Source: Candidatus Undinarchaeales archaeon
Lineage (GTDB): Archaea; SpSt-1190; JASMDC01
Assembly (NCBI GenBank): GCA_030753015.1
Contig: JASMDC010000001.1
Span: 96,001 to 160,000 of the forward strand
Direction of reading: 5' to 3'
DNA length: 64,000 nt
Below, piece after piece: positions 1 through 9,058 of the stretch. The translations under genes were made by a program, and so were the position numbers. The first letter of the stretch is position 1. Each line of letters begins with the position of its first letter. Under the pieces are notes generated by a model. That model was not told where the DNA came from. It searched no databases and saw only the letters and a list, made by a program, of their open reading frames with translations.

Positions 1-609
1 GTGCGGTCAGAGGTGGACGTGCTCATGCCCGAGGAAGTGAGCGATGGTGCCTACATCACGATCCGCAACAAAGGTGAAGCTCGTGAGGATATCGAGATAC
101 TTGTACCGGACGAGGCCTATTCGTGCGTCTACCTAAGCAAGGATGGCGAGTTCACCATGGAGCCCAACCGTGACGAGCGCGTGAAGCTCGCACCGGGCGA
201 GTCCTGTCTGTCCGATACCATCAAGCTTACCGTGATGGTGAGCGGTCAGGCCCGTAACTTCACGGTGAAGGTACCGGGCGTAGCAATCCGTCCGCCGGAG
301 GACGATGATGATGGTAACGATACGAATGATAGCGATGAGGAAGGGGGCACATGGGTTCCACAGCCACCACCTTCTACAGAGGATGAAGGTAGCAGCAGCC
401 TGAGCTATCTCATCATCTTCTTGCTACTGGTGGCAGGGGGTGCCGGTTACCTCAAGCTCCATCAGGCCAAGGCCACCGCTACGACCAGCCTCACACCGGC
501 TCCCGGTGGCAAGGCCGAGACGGCAACGGCCGCGCGGGCGGCAGGGCCAAAGTCCTACTACACCAAGGCCTATAGGACGTACTACACGTACCGGCCCCCT
601 CCGCTCTAG
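1..609 (+). CDS. C-terminal part of a membrane-anchored surface protein (probably 5' truncated by the window edge)
   Basis: Beta-rich region, acidic/Pro linker (EDDDDGNDTNDSDEE..PQPPPS), one TM helix (LSYLIIFLLLVAGGAGYL), Ala/Thr-rich tail ending SYYTKAYRTYYTYRPPPL. Confidence 0.7.
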   Translation: MRSEVDVLMPEEVSDGAYITIRNKGEAREDIEILVPDEAYSCVYLSKDGEFTMEPNRDERVKLAPGESCLSDTIKLTVMVSGQARNFTVKVPGVAIRPPEDDDDGNDTNDSDEEGGTWVPQPPPSTEDEGSSSLSYLIIFLLLVAGGAGYLKLHQAKATATTSLTPAPGGKAETATAARAAGPKSYYTKAYRTYYTYRPPPL

Positions 610-613
610 CGTA

Positions 614-1480
614 TCAGAGGCACTTCACGACCAGGCACCCTCTCGGCACTCCTAGTGCTCTCGCGACCGGAGCGCATTTAGCCTTGAGGAGGTAGACTAG
701 CCGCCCCTCCACCCTTTCATGGAACTCGCTCATGGTCTCGAAGTTACCCATGCCCTTGGCCACGATGACGTCGGCCTCGTCCAGCGCCTCGATGAAGGCA
801 GGGTCGGCCTCGTCCAGGTTGACGCCCACCGAGTCGCCGTCGGACACCACTTCGGGGAATCCCATGGCGCGGGCTTCAGCTACGGTCACGTCGTTGAGGA
901 TGGGGACGCCCTTGGCGACGGTCGTCACGCGTATTCCCGCTTCCACTAGGCGCTTGGCCAGGAGCAGATCGAACACACACTCACCGTGGTTGTCCAGGAT
1001 CAGCAGCACCCACTGGGCCTCATCGAGCCTCTCGAACAGCTCGTCCGTGTCGTCCACACCGAAGGGGGTCGTGAGGAGCTCTCGAAAACCCCCGGCAAAG
1101 TCGTTGACATCGAAGGCGTAATCGGCGACACCGAAGTCCATGGCATTGCCGGCGCACAACACGCGCACCAGAGCTCGCCGCTCGTCCTCGGACCTGCCAA
1201 TGAATGAACGTGCCTCGGGGAGGAGCGTTTCTGCCACCTCGTCCGAGCGTGCCTTCAGTTCTCGGAACGGGTCGGGACAACCAGAGAGCCGGACCACGGT
1301 GCGGAACCGGTGAGTGCCCACTTCGGCGGCCACCTTACTGCCGACCTGGGCATTGTCCCGGGCCCAATGACCGAACTCCTCCTGGCACCTGCGATGGACA
1401 TCCTCATCGTCCGAGGCCAAGCGCGCCTCAAACACAGCCCGGTCCATGAGACAGGGGATGCACTCATCGGCCAGCTTCAT
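614..1480 (-). CDS. ARMT1-like / DUF89 damage-control phosphatase
   Basis: N-terminal ECIPC, DPFRELK, AGNAMDFG, LDNHGE, PILNDVT, KGMGNFET and KAKC motifs of DUF89. Confidence 0.92.
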   Translation of the reverse strand: MKLADECIPCLMDRAVFEARLASDDEDVHRRCQEEFGHWARDNAQVGSKVAAEVGTHRFRTVVRLSGCPDPFRELKARSDEVAETLLPEARSFIGRSEDERRALVRVLCAGNAMDFGVADYAFDVNDFAGGFRELLTTPFGVDDTDELFERLDEAQWVLLILDNHGECVFDLLLAKRLVEAGIRVTTVAKGVPILNDVTVAEARAMGFPEVVSDGDSVGVNLDEADPAFIEALDEADVIVAKGMGNFETMSEFHERVEGRLVYLLKAKCAPVARALGVPRGCLVVKCL

Positions 1481-1525
1481 GCGGCCGGGTGAACGAACCG
1501 CAGGTTAAATGGATTACGGTAGCGA

Positions 1526-4500
1526 TCAACCGGCCGACGGTTGGCCAGTTACCGGAGTCTGTGCCGTCCCATTCTGCTGTGCCTGACCTGTACCGGCCTG
1601 AGGTGTTCGGGCAACGTTCGATTGGGAACCATATGAACCGTAGTACCGATTGGCATAGTAGGAAGAGCGCATGGCCTTAGTGATCTCCACGACAAGGTCG
1701 GACAGCAGCCCTGTCCCCATGGCGGGTTCCTCAGCCCTGGCCACGAGATTCATGTTCCACCCGGTGGTGGCCTGGTACACGGACACTTCCAGTGAGACCC
1801 GCTTCTTGGAGAACTTGCCCCGACCGGCCCATATGGCCTTCCCGCTGAACATGCTCGATGCTTCACGGACGACATAGAGTGGAGTGGTCCTCGCCTCGAT
1901 TGCAGCCCAGGCCACCCGCCAGTCCGAACCCAGGTTCACCGCGTGTGAGAACGACTTGTACTTCCCGAACACGCTATCGTACTTATCGGGTTCCACCTCA
2001 TAGCCCTCCAGAACGGGGCAGACCGAGGACACCTTCACCGGCTTGACGTTCTGGGATTTCATCCTGCCCCGGTCGTCCTTGTAGGTCACGACCCCGGAGA
2101 TCTCACCCGACACGCACCGGAGCGGGTACATCTTGAAGATGGCCGACTGGAGGTCCCCGCTCTCAAGGTCGCCGAGCATGTAGACGTTGGACTCGGGCTC
2201 GAGGTATGCCAGGGCCGCAGGTGAGGTCAGTTCGACCTTAACGTCCCGGAGCGGGAACGTGGAGCCGTTCTCCACCTTGACGAATATCTTGAGGAGGGCC
2301 CCTTCCCGGTCCATGCCCCGTTTCACTACGACCCTCTCTTCGCCCAATGTCTTTCGCTTCACCACGAGGAAGAGACCAATGAACAGCGAAGCTCCGATAA
2401 TGACGAGCTCGACATGGTCCTTGATCTCCTCGACGAACTTGATCCAGTCGATGTGGTCGATGCAGGACCTTGAGATGCTGGTGATGCAGGTCTGGAGGCA
2501 GGGGATGGTCCCCAAGCTACAGATATGGGTCGTTGATAGTTCCAGGGCCAGGGTATTACCTCGTTCCATGGCAACCGCGTCCTCGCCTCCAAGGGAACGG
2601 GAGATGTGAGTGAGGTTCTCCACAAGGACCGTGCGCTCGTCGAAGTCCATCTTGTCCAGCTTGCGATGGTTCACGAGGGTGCTGTAGAGCTCCTTGAGCA
2701 TGGTGCGTGTCTCATCTTCCGACGTAGCAATCGAACTGAGGAGGAGCTTGTCGATGTTCTCTGCGCTCACACGCCGACATACCTCGAACTTCTGGGCGAA
2801 TTCGCACCGGTCGCAGAACACCGCCTCTCCCTGGAAGCAGCCACGTGTCTTCTCGTCGTACCCATAGCATCGTATCTCCTGGGTACGGCAGCAGTCCTCG
2901 ATGCACCGTCGCTGTGGAGCATCCTCGTACCGCTCGCAGAAACCGTCGCCGCACTCGGGGCATCGGGTTATCCCCATGAGGAACCGATCCTCGCAGCACA
3001 CGCCCTTCTGCATGATGCAGGAGCCCGCGCAGAGCACACCACCCCGTTCCACCTCACATGTAACTTGTGAGCAACTTGCCATGCCCTGGGACCAGGTGTT
3101 GTTGCAGCATGCGCCCAGCTGGGGGGGGAAGCACTGACCGCCGCAGCAGATCTCACCCTCACCGCACTCGCCATCGTCGCCGCAAGAACGGCAGACGTTA
3201 TCATCGCACATGGGCAGGGTCCGTGTGCAGTTGGCCGAATTGCAGCACTGGCCTTGCTCGATCCACGAGTTGTCGCAGCATACCCCCTGGCCGAGCCAGC
3301 ACTGGTCGCCGCAGAAGGAGAACCTGCCCTTGCATACCTTGGAGCATTGATGGTTGTCGCACAGGAACGTACCACAGTCGTTGTCATTGCAGCAGTCGGA
3401 ACCCTCGATCCACGTATCGTCACAGCAGTTGCCCTCTGCGGTGTACCACTTCTCGTCGCAGCACGTGCCCTCTCCCTCCTCGCACCGTCTCCCGCAGGGG
3501 GTGAATCCTTCCTGGCACTCGATGGCCGAGCATCTGTGGCCGCTCACGAAGCAGGTCGTACCCTCGGTACAGTCCACGTCACCGCAGCATACGTCGTCAC
3601 CGGTGTACCAGGAGTCATCGCAGCACAGCCCCTGCCCACCGTAGCATTTACCTCCGCAGCACTCGCTATCGGGTCCGCACTCGATGGACGCCGTGCAGGA
3701 ACGGCAGATGGAGATGTCACCATCACAGACAGGACGGTCGTGCGGGCAGTCCTGGTCGCCGCAGCATGCGCCGCTCTTGATCCAGGTCGAGTTGCAGCAC
3801 ACCCCGTCGCCCATGAAGCAATTCCCGCCGCATCCCTTGAACCCGAAGCGGCATGTTCGCGAGCAGGTGAAGTCCTCTTGGCAGGTATAGTTACCGATGC
3901 ACTCAGCGTCCGAGCAGCAGTTCCCCCCGGCAGTGAACGCGCCAGCGCAGCAAACACCGGAGGTCGAGTTCCAGCGCTCCAGGATGTCGTCACCGCAGCA
4001 TTGCTCATCGACCCATCGAGCGTTGATGCCTCCCTTGCACTGGCAGGAGAACGGATCCCCATCACCCTCCGGATTGGCGCACGCAGAGCACCATACCTTG
4101 CTGCCCTGGGTGCACGTGGTACCGTCGCAGAAGGTGGTGCAGTTCCCGAACAGACAGGCCTCGCACTCCTCGCACAGGTCCCGCTGTACGAGCCCCTTGA
4201 GGCAGCGAGCAGTGGCACCGCACCAATTGTCCTTCTCCTTATCGTCCCCACAGCATCGCCCGTCGATCCACTCGCCCCCGTCGCATTCACAGCTGCGGGC
4301 ATCGTTGTCCCCGTCCTTGCTGCATAGGCTGCACCAGGCATCGCCCCGACAGTTGGTTGCTTCACATTCGAGGGAGTACAGGCACATCTTCGATGGGCAC
4401 TCGTCGGAGGTGCACACGCACTGGCTGTTCGTGCAGACGTCATAGGGTGATTTGGTGCAGCTATCGCTAGTGAGACAGGGCTCGTCGCTGACGCCCCACC

Positions 4501-7500
4501 GGCCGTCGAGACAGAGTCCACCGACACCGGTCCAATCCTCGCCCTTATCGTCACCACAGCACATCTCCTTCTGGTCGGCGGTCGAGATGTGCCAGCTCCC
4601 TATCTTGCATGAGCACGAGTCCTCGTTGGCGTCCCCGTCGGAGCTGGAGCATGCAGTGCACCAGTCGTCCGTATCTATGGCACAGGCATTGCCGGTGCAC
4701 ACCCGGTCGTAGGAGCAGCGGTTTGCCGTGCAGCTCTCCGATGTGCACGACGCGTACGGGCGCTCGAGACAGTCGCTCACGAGGCAGCAGTTCCCACCGT
4801 CGGCCCAGGTGTTGTTGCAGCAGACACCCGTACCAACCTGGAACTCGCCACCGCAGCAAACGCCCTCTGTGCTGTTCCAGTACTCGGTGGCGCCGTCATC
4901 ACCGCAGCATTGTCCGTCCGCCCACGTGGCCTTTGTCAGGCAGTTCGAGCAGAAGTGCTGGTCATCGTCCGGGTCGGTGACCGCGGCCCATGCACCTGCG
5001 CTGCAGTATCCTCCAGCACCGCACCACTCCTCGTCGGGATCATCCCCGCAGCACGCAGCGGTCCGATCCGCAGTCGAGAACTGCCAGGTCCCGCTCTTGC
5101 ACGTCCGGCAGTACTCTGCGTCCAAGTCGGCGTTCCCATCCTTGACGGCGATCCAGCTATCGGTCTGACAGTACCCGGTCACCCCGCACCAGGCCTCATC
5201 GGGGTCATCCCCGCAACAGCGGTTCTCCCGCCACGCGAAGGATGAGCATACCTCGCAAAAGCGTGCGTTGTTGTCGGGATCGCTCCCTGCGACCATAGTC
5301 CAGGCACCTGCATGGCAATAACCGGTGAGACCGCACCATTCCTCGTCAGGATCGTCACCGCAGCACTGGTTCTCCCTCCATTCCTCTTTCGCGCACATCA
5401 CGCACGAGTAATAGTTGGTGTCCCCGTTCGAGGAAGCGCACACGGAGCATTCCATATCGGAGCAGCTTTCGCCGGTGGAACCGAGCACGTCGATCTCGCA
5501 CTGCGAGTAATCGCATGTGGACCATCCTCCTTCCTCGCAATCCGTGAATCCGCTGAAGTGGCACTTGAGCGCCTGGGCATCGATGTAGTTATCACAAAGG
5601 GGGTGGCTTGAGCTGGATTCCTTGTACTCGCAGGGGCGGGTCCAACCACCTACGGCGCACCCGGTGAGACCGCTGAAGTAGCAATTGTTATCGACGGCCT
5701 TTGGCAGACAGGGGGGTTTTGTCGGATCCGAGCTCGCGAAGGCACAGGAGGCCCAGCCGTCCTTGGTGCAGGAGGTTGAGCCGTCGAACTGGCAGGTACC
5801 CCCGACGGCGAGGGGCGGGCATGAGGATTTGTCACCGGTCTCCTGGGCGTACTTACATGCGGACCATCCGTCGTTCGTGCACAAGGTACCGCCACCGAAG
5901 TAGCATAAGCCGGCCTCCTCATAGTGACCGCAGGCCGGTCTTTCGGTGTCTTCGTTATAGTCACATGTGGACCATCCGGAGCTTGAGCATGACGTGGTGC
6001 CCCGGTAGTTACAGGTCCGGCCCGAGGAGTAGTGGGGGCAAGCTGGCTTCGATGTGTCGATGGTGTACTTGCAGTCCGACCAACCGTCCGTTATGCATGT
6101 AGCAGTGCCACTGTGACGGCAGTTCGTGCCAGATGCCTCGGATTCGCAGGCAGGTCTGCTCGCATCCTGCTTGTTGAAGGTGCAAGCAGCCCAACCGGAT
6201 GCGGTGCATTGGGTCGAGCCATCGAACTGACATACGTCCACCTGGGCCACGGGGCCACAGTCAGGCTTGTTAGGTTCTTGGGATGTAAATGTGCAGCTAC
6301 CCCAGCCCGATTCAGTGCATGCGGGCGAGCCCCCGAACTTACAGGTGTTCCCGTCCTCATCGGGCGGGCATGCTGGTCGCTGGTGGTCGGAGCTCGTATA
6401 TGTGCACTCGGACCACCCATCGGCCCCGCACTGTGGCGTCCCGCCATAATAGCAGATGTTACCGTCCGTGTACGGAGCGCACGCGGACCGCTGGGTATCG
6501 CTCGATGTGTATGCGCAGGCGCCCCAGCCCGATCCCGTGCACGAGGGTGCACCACCAAACTTGCATGTGTTGCCCTCGGGCTTGGGCGGGCATGCTGGTC
6601 GCTGGGAGTCGGACCCGCTGAAACTGCATTCTGTCCATCCACCGCTCCCGCACGAGGAGCTGCCCTGGTAGTAACAGTAGGTGCCCTCCGTTCGAGGAGA
6701 GCAGTCAGGGGGGTTCGTGTCGGAGTAGTCGAAGGCACACGCCTCCCATCCGCCGATCCCGCATGTAGCGTGCCCGCTGTATCGGCACGTGTTGTCCAAG
6801 GGAGAGGGATTGCATGTAGGCTTGTTCGTGTCGGTCAGCGAGTAGGTACAGCTCGACCACCCGGATGTCGTGCACTGTGCGTTTCCGCCATAGCTACAGG
6901 TGTTCCCCTCGTCCTTTGGCCCGCAGTCGGGTTTGCCGGCATCCTGGTGCGCGAACTCGCAGCCAGACCATCCCGTGGTGGAGCATGAGGTGGATCCCGC
7001 ATAGCTACATGTGTTCCCGACCGCCTTGGGGTCACAGTTCGGTGGATTACGGTCCGTGTTGTCCGAGCAGGACGTCCATCCTGAGGTGCCGCACTCACTT
7101 ATACCGCCGTAATGGCAAGCGTCCCCGTCAGCGGTGGGGGTGCAGGTGGGGCGTGAAGCGTCCGATGCCGAGAATGTGCAGCTTCCCCATCCGCTCGTGG
7201 TACAATCCGTGGTGCCCTGGTACTGGCAGGTGTCACCCACGGGCTTTGGACCGCACGCTGGCTTGACGCTGTCCTGAAGGCTGAAGAGACAACCGGTCCA
7301 GCCCGATTCGCTGCAGGAGGTGCTGCCCGAGTATCGGCAGGTGTCCCCCACGGGATCGGGACCGCACAAAGGTTTGTTGGTGTCTTGGTACGTATGGGTG
7401 CACTCGCTCCACCCGCTGGAACCGCACCGCGTGTATCTCCCGTAATAACATGTGTCGCCCGAGGCGATGGGATTGCAGACCGGTTTTATTAAATCGGAGG

Positions 7501-8932
7501 AGTGGGAGCATTGGGACCAGCCAGATGATGTGCAGGAGGTGGTGCCGCCATAGTCACAGGTATCACCTATCTCTCTGGGGCTGCAGTCGGGCTTCGTCGT
7601 GTCGCTCTGGTAATTACATGACGCCCACCCGCTCTCCGTGCAGTCCGTCTCCCCCGAATAGCGGCAGGTATCACCGTCCGGTTGAGGTCCGCAATCGGGC
7701 TTGTTGGTATCCTGGTACGCGAAGGAACACGCCTCCCAACCTGTTGACATGCAGGACGTGCTCCCGCCATACTTGCAGAGACGGTCACTGGCCGCAGCCG
7801 AGCAATCGGGCTTCGATCCCATCTGATAGTTGCAGTCCGACCATCCTCCAGCCTGGCACTGGGGATTGGCCGTGTGGTAGCAGGAGTTCCCATCGGGGTA
7901 ATTGTCGCATGTGGGCCGGGTCTCGCTCTCGAAAGAGCAGCTGGACCATCCCGACGCCGTGCAGTCGCTGGATCCCGAGTGCTTGCAGATGCTACCATCT
8001 ATATAGGATCCACAGGAAGGCTTGGTCCCGGTCTGGTAGCTGCACTCCCATCCTGAGGCAGTGCACTGTGCCGTGCCTGAATGGTAGCATGTGTTCCCGT
8101 TCGCGTAATTTCCGCAAGCGGGCTTTGTCTCGGTCTGGTAGCTGCACTCCCATCCTGAGGCGGTGCACTGCGCCGTGCCCGAATGGTAACATGTGTTCCC
8201 GTTCGCGTAGTTACCACATGCGGGCTTTGTCTCGGTCTGGTAGCTGCATTCCCAACCTGTCGCCTTGCACAGTGATGTTCCGGAGTGATAGCATGTGTTC
8301 CCGTTCGCGTAATTTCCGCAGGCGGGCTTTGTCTCGGTCTGGAACGCACAGGTCGACCATCCCGTCGCCGAGCACTGGGTCGATCCCGAGTGGTAGCATG
8401 TGTTCCCGTTGGCATAGTTCGTGCATGCGGGCTTGCTGTCGCTCTGGAACTCACATGTCGACCATCCCGATGCGGTGCATCCGGTCGTACCGGAATGATA
8501 GCATGTGTTCCCGTCCGGGTACTGGGTACATGCCGGTTTCGAGGTGCTCTGATAGGAACATTCCCAACCGCCGGCGGTACACTGCGCGCTGCCCGAGTAA
8601 TAGCAGATGTTCCCGTCCGCGTACAAGCCGCACGCGGGCTGGTTCGCATCCTGATACGAGTAGGAGCAGGTCGACCAGCCGGTGGACGTGCACGATGTGC
8701 TCCCACCGTACTTACAGGTAGTGCCACTGATGGTCTGAGAGCATGAGGGCTTGGAATTCCGGTAGCTGAAGCAGCATTTCGGATATTGATAGTACCCGCT
8801 GTAATAGCAGTAACTGCCACTTGTCTTGGGCAGGCAGCTCGTGGTAGATGTGCTGAAGCACCAGGCACTCCAGCCGAGGCTCATGACAAGGACCATTACC
8901 AGCAACAGGGTGCGTCGGTGGGCACCTATCAT
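1526..8932 (-). CDS. Giant (2468 aa) cysteine-rich single-pass surface protein with a cytoplasmic Ig+platform-like domain
   Basis: Signal peptide MIGAHRRTLLLVMVLVMSLGWSA; 30 counted 4-Cys GW repeats; 7 CCGDD motifs; CC-x-x-x-W repeats; CGDGFC motif; TM LVIIGASLFIGLFLVV followed by KRK; about 275-aa cytoplasmic domain. Confidence 0.9.
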   Translation of the reverse strand: MIGAHRRTLLLVMVLVMSLGWSAWCFSTSTTSCLPKTSGSYCYYSGYYQYPKCCFSYRNSKPSCSQTISGTTCKYGGSTSCTSTGWSTCSYSYQDANQPACGLYADGNICYYSGSAQCTAGGWECSYQSTSKPACTQYPDGNTCYHSGTTGCTASGWSTCEFQSDSKPACTNYANGNTCYHSGSTQCSATGWSTCAFQTETKPACGNYANGNTCYHSGTSLCKATGWECSYQTETKPACGNYANGNTCYHSGTAQCTASGWECSYQTETKPACGNYANGNTCYHSGTAQCTASGWECSYQTGTKPSCGSYIDGSICKHSGSSDCTASGWSSCSFESETRPTCDNYPDGNSCYHTANPQCQAGGWSDCNYQMGSKPDCSAAASDRLCKYGGSTSCMSTGWEACSFAYQDTNKPDCGPQPDGDTCRYSGETDCTESGWASCNYQSDTTKPDCSPREIGDTCDYGGTTSCTSSGWSQCSHSSDLIKPVCNPIASGDTCYYGRYTRCGSSGWSECTHTYQDTNKPLCGPDPVGDTCRYSGSTSCSESGWTGCLFSLQDSVKPACGPKPVGDTCQYQGTTDCTTSGWGSCTFSASDASRPTCTPTADGDACHYGGISECGTSGWTSCSDNTDRNPPNCDPKAVGNTCSYAGSTSCSTTGWSGCEFAHQDAGKPDCGPKDEGNTCSYGGNAQCTTSGWSSCTYSLTDTNKPTCNPSPLDNTCRYSGHATCGIGGWEACAFDYSDTNPPDCSPRTEGTYCYYQGSSSCGSGGWTECSFSGSDSQRPACPPKPEGNTCKFGGAPSCTGSGWGACAYTSSDTQRSACAPYTDGNICYYGGTPQCGADGWSECTYTSSDHQRPACPPDEDGNTCKFGGSPACTESGWGSCTFTSQEPNKPDCGPVAQVDVCQFDGSTQCTASGWAACTFNKQDASRPACESEASGTNCRHSGTATCITDGWSDCKYTIDTSKPACPHYSSGRTCNYRGTTSCSSSGWSTCDYNEDTERPACGHYEEAGLCYFGGGTLCTNDGWSACKYAQETGDKSSCPPLAVGGTCQFDGSTSCTKDGWASCAFASSDPTKPPCLPKAVDNNCYFSGLTGCAVGGWTRPCEYKESSSSHPLCDNYIDAQALKCHFSGFTDCEEGGWSTCDYSQCEIDVLGSTGESCSDMECSVCASSNGDTNYYSCVMCAKEEWRENQCCGDDPDEEWCGLTGYCHAGAWTMVAGSDPDNNARFCEVCSSFAWRENRCCGDDPDEAWCGVTGYCQTDSWIAVKDGNADLDAEYCRTCKSGTWQFSTADRTAACCGDDPDEEWCGAGGYCSAGAWAAVTDPDDDQHFCSNCLTKATWADGQCCGDDGATEYWNSTEGVCCGGEFQVGTGVCCNNTWADGGNCCLVSDCLERPYASCTSESCTANRCSYDRVCTGNACAIDTDDWCTACSSSDGDANEDSCSCKIGSWHISTADQKEMCCGDDKGEDWTGVGGLCLDGRWGVSDEPCLTSDSCTKSPYDVCTNSQCVCTSDECPSKMCLYSLECEATNCRGDAWCSLCSKDGDNDARSCECDGGEWIDGRCCGDDKEKDNWCGATARCLKGLVQRDLCEECEACLFGNCTTFCDGTTCTQGSKVWCSACANPEGDGDPFSCQCKGGINARWVDEQCCGDDILERWNSTSGVCCAGAFTAGGNCCSDAECIGNYTCQEDFTCSRTCRFGFKGCGGNCFMGDGVCCNSTWIKSGACCGDQDCPHDRPVCDGDISICRSCTASIECGPDSECCGGKCYGGQGLCCDDSWYTGDDVCCGDVDCTEGTTCFVSGHRCSAIECQEGFTPCGRRCEEGEGTCCDEKWYTAEGNCCDDTWIEGSDCCNDNDCGTFLCDNHQCSKVCKGRFSFCGDQCWLGQGVCCDNSWIEQGQCCNSANCTRTLPMCDDNVCRSCGDDGECGEGEICCGGQCFPPQLGACCNNTWSQGMASCSQVTCEVERGGVLCAGSCIMQKGVCCEDRFLMGITRCPECGDGFCERYEDAPQRRCIEDCCRTQEIRCYGYDEKTRGCFQGEAVFCDRCEFAQKFEVCRRVSAENIDKLLLSSIATSEDETRTMLKELYSTLVNHRKLDKMDFDERTVLVENLTHISRSLGGEDAVAMERGNTLALELSTTHICSLGTIPCLQTCITSISRSCIDHIDWIKFVEEIKDHVELVIIGASLFIGLFLVVKRKTLGEERVVVKRGMDREGALLKIFVKVENGSTFPLRDVKVELTSPAALAYLEPESNVYMLGDLESGDLQSAIFKMYPLRCVSGEISGVVTYKDDRGRMKSQNVKPVKVSSVCPVLEGYEVEPDKYDSVFGKYKSFSHAVNLGSDWRVAWAAIEARTTPLYVVREASSMFSGKAIWAGRGKFSKKRVSLEVSVYQATTGWNMNLVARAEEPAMGTGLLSDLVVEITKAMRSSYYANRYYGSYGSQSNVARTPQAGTGQAQQNGTAQTPVTGQPSAG
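8030..8440. repeat. Intragenic 102-bp tandem repeat (34-aa unit), 3 highly similar copies plus 1 more diverged copy
   Basis: Units starting ggtctgg at 8030, 8132, 8234 and 8336 (period 102) encode KPACGNYANGNTCYHSGTAQCTASGWECSYQTET and variants. Confidence 0.92.
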
Positions 8933-9058
8933 TCCACAAACCTACCTCTAACTACCAATCCAAGATTTTGAGTTCTTGTTTTATTAAGCTTGGGAAATGT
9001 CGCCGAGTCCGAGCTCTGGCTCAACCGGAAAGTGCCTTGCCCACCCGCATTACTGGAC

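Noticed and set aside
2187-8746. Many long alternative-frame and antisense ORFs over the giant gene (and similar ones over the carbamoyltransferase, glyA and radical SAM genes)
   Set aside because: Shadow ORFs expected from high GC and codon bias; Arg/Ser/Pro-rich translations without motifs
5500-8830. Regularly spaced DNA repeats that could be taken for a CRISPR array or a DGR template/variable repeat pair
   Set aside because: Repeats are in-frame coding units with mostly synonymous differences and no unique spacers; mismatches are not adenine-specific; no cas or reverse transcriptase gene in the window
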